Positions 38,973-39,186 of a stretch of DNA of 39,186 nt are shown piece by piece. Below the pieces are notes generated by a model. That model was not told the origin of the DNA. It searched no databases and was given only the letters and a program-made list of their open reading frames with translations. Numbering within the stretch: position 1 is the first letter of the stretch; the number at the start of each line of letters is the position of its first letter. Origin of the DNA: an uncultured Nitrososphaerota archaeon (GTDB lineage: Archaea > Asgardarchaeota > Njordarchaeia > Njordarchaeales > Panguiarchaeaceae); the NCBI GenBank assembly GCA_964636085.1, contig CAZWPQ010000015.1, positions 8,326-47,511 on the forward strand, read 5' to 3'. Position numbers and translations under genes: made by a program.

Positions 38973-39186
38973 GTGAAACTATTGAGTCAGAGCGCGGAAG
39001 TGATCGTTGAGTGGTTTATCGAGCACATAGACGAGGTCTTCGAGAAACATCCCGAGCTTAAAAAGAAACTATATGAAAAATTGAAGGGAGAAATCGAAGA
39101 AAAGGTAGTAACAAGAGAAGAAATAAAACAAATATTAATTGAGCTCAAGGAGCTTCGTGAGGACTTTAATAGGCTTAGTGCGGAGA
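38973..39186 (+). CDS. Partial coiled-coil protein, probable paralogue of 21673..22371 (runs off the right edge)
   Basis: GTG 38973 or TTG 38982 (after GGTGA): ...SAEVIVEWFIEHIDEVFEKHPELKKKLYEKLKGEIEEKVVTREEIKQILIELKELREDFNRLSAE, open to the edge. Confidence 0.75.
   Translation, partial: MKLLSQSAEVIVEWFIEHIDEVFEKHPELKKKLYEKLKGEIEEKVVTREEIKQILIELKELREDFNRLSAE

Noticed and set aside
1-39186. Genome-wide stop-codon reassignment
   Set aside because: TAG, TAA and TGA all end genes at expected lengths, and conserved genes have no internal stops.

Overview
AT-rich, gene-dense archaeal chromosomal segment using the standard code, with GGAGGTGA/GGTGA Shine-Dalgarno motifs. Several longin-like proteins hint at an Asgard-type or related lineage (inference). 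Recognisable genes: XPD/Rad3 helicase, an arginase-family ureohydrolase, an ABC-2 exporter pair, nadA, a 1694-aa clostripain-family secreted protease, a beta-CASP/RNase J-like hydrolase, an MFS transporter and a class II glutamine amidotransferase. Most notable: (1) a two-gene module, a membrane-anchored FG-GAP/Ca-binding surface protein plus a cytoplasmic TPR-like protein, present twice in divergent orientation around two unknown genes, with one copy followed by a multi-TM/longin-like gene; (2) a four-box C/D guide sRNA missing from the ORF track, whose guides are complementary to a tRNA D-arm and to a Lys(UUU)-type anticodon loop (predicted Cm13 and wobble Um34); (3) a STAND-type NTPase fused to a LURP-one/scramblase-like domain; (4) three heptad coiled-coil genes, two with near-perfect DNA tandem repeats; (5) an AbiE-like nucleotidyltransferase pair. 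No CRISPR array, tRNA, rRNA, transposase or integrase was seen. All family calls are by-eye motif recognition; no database search was run.
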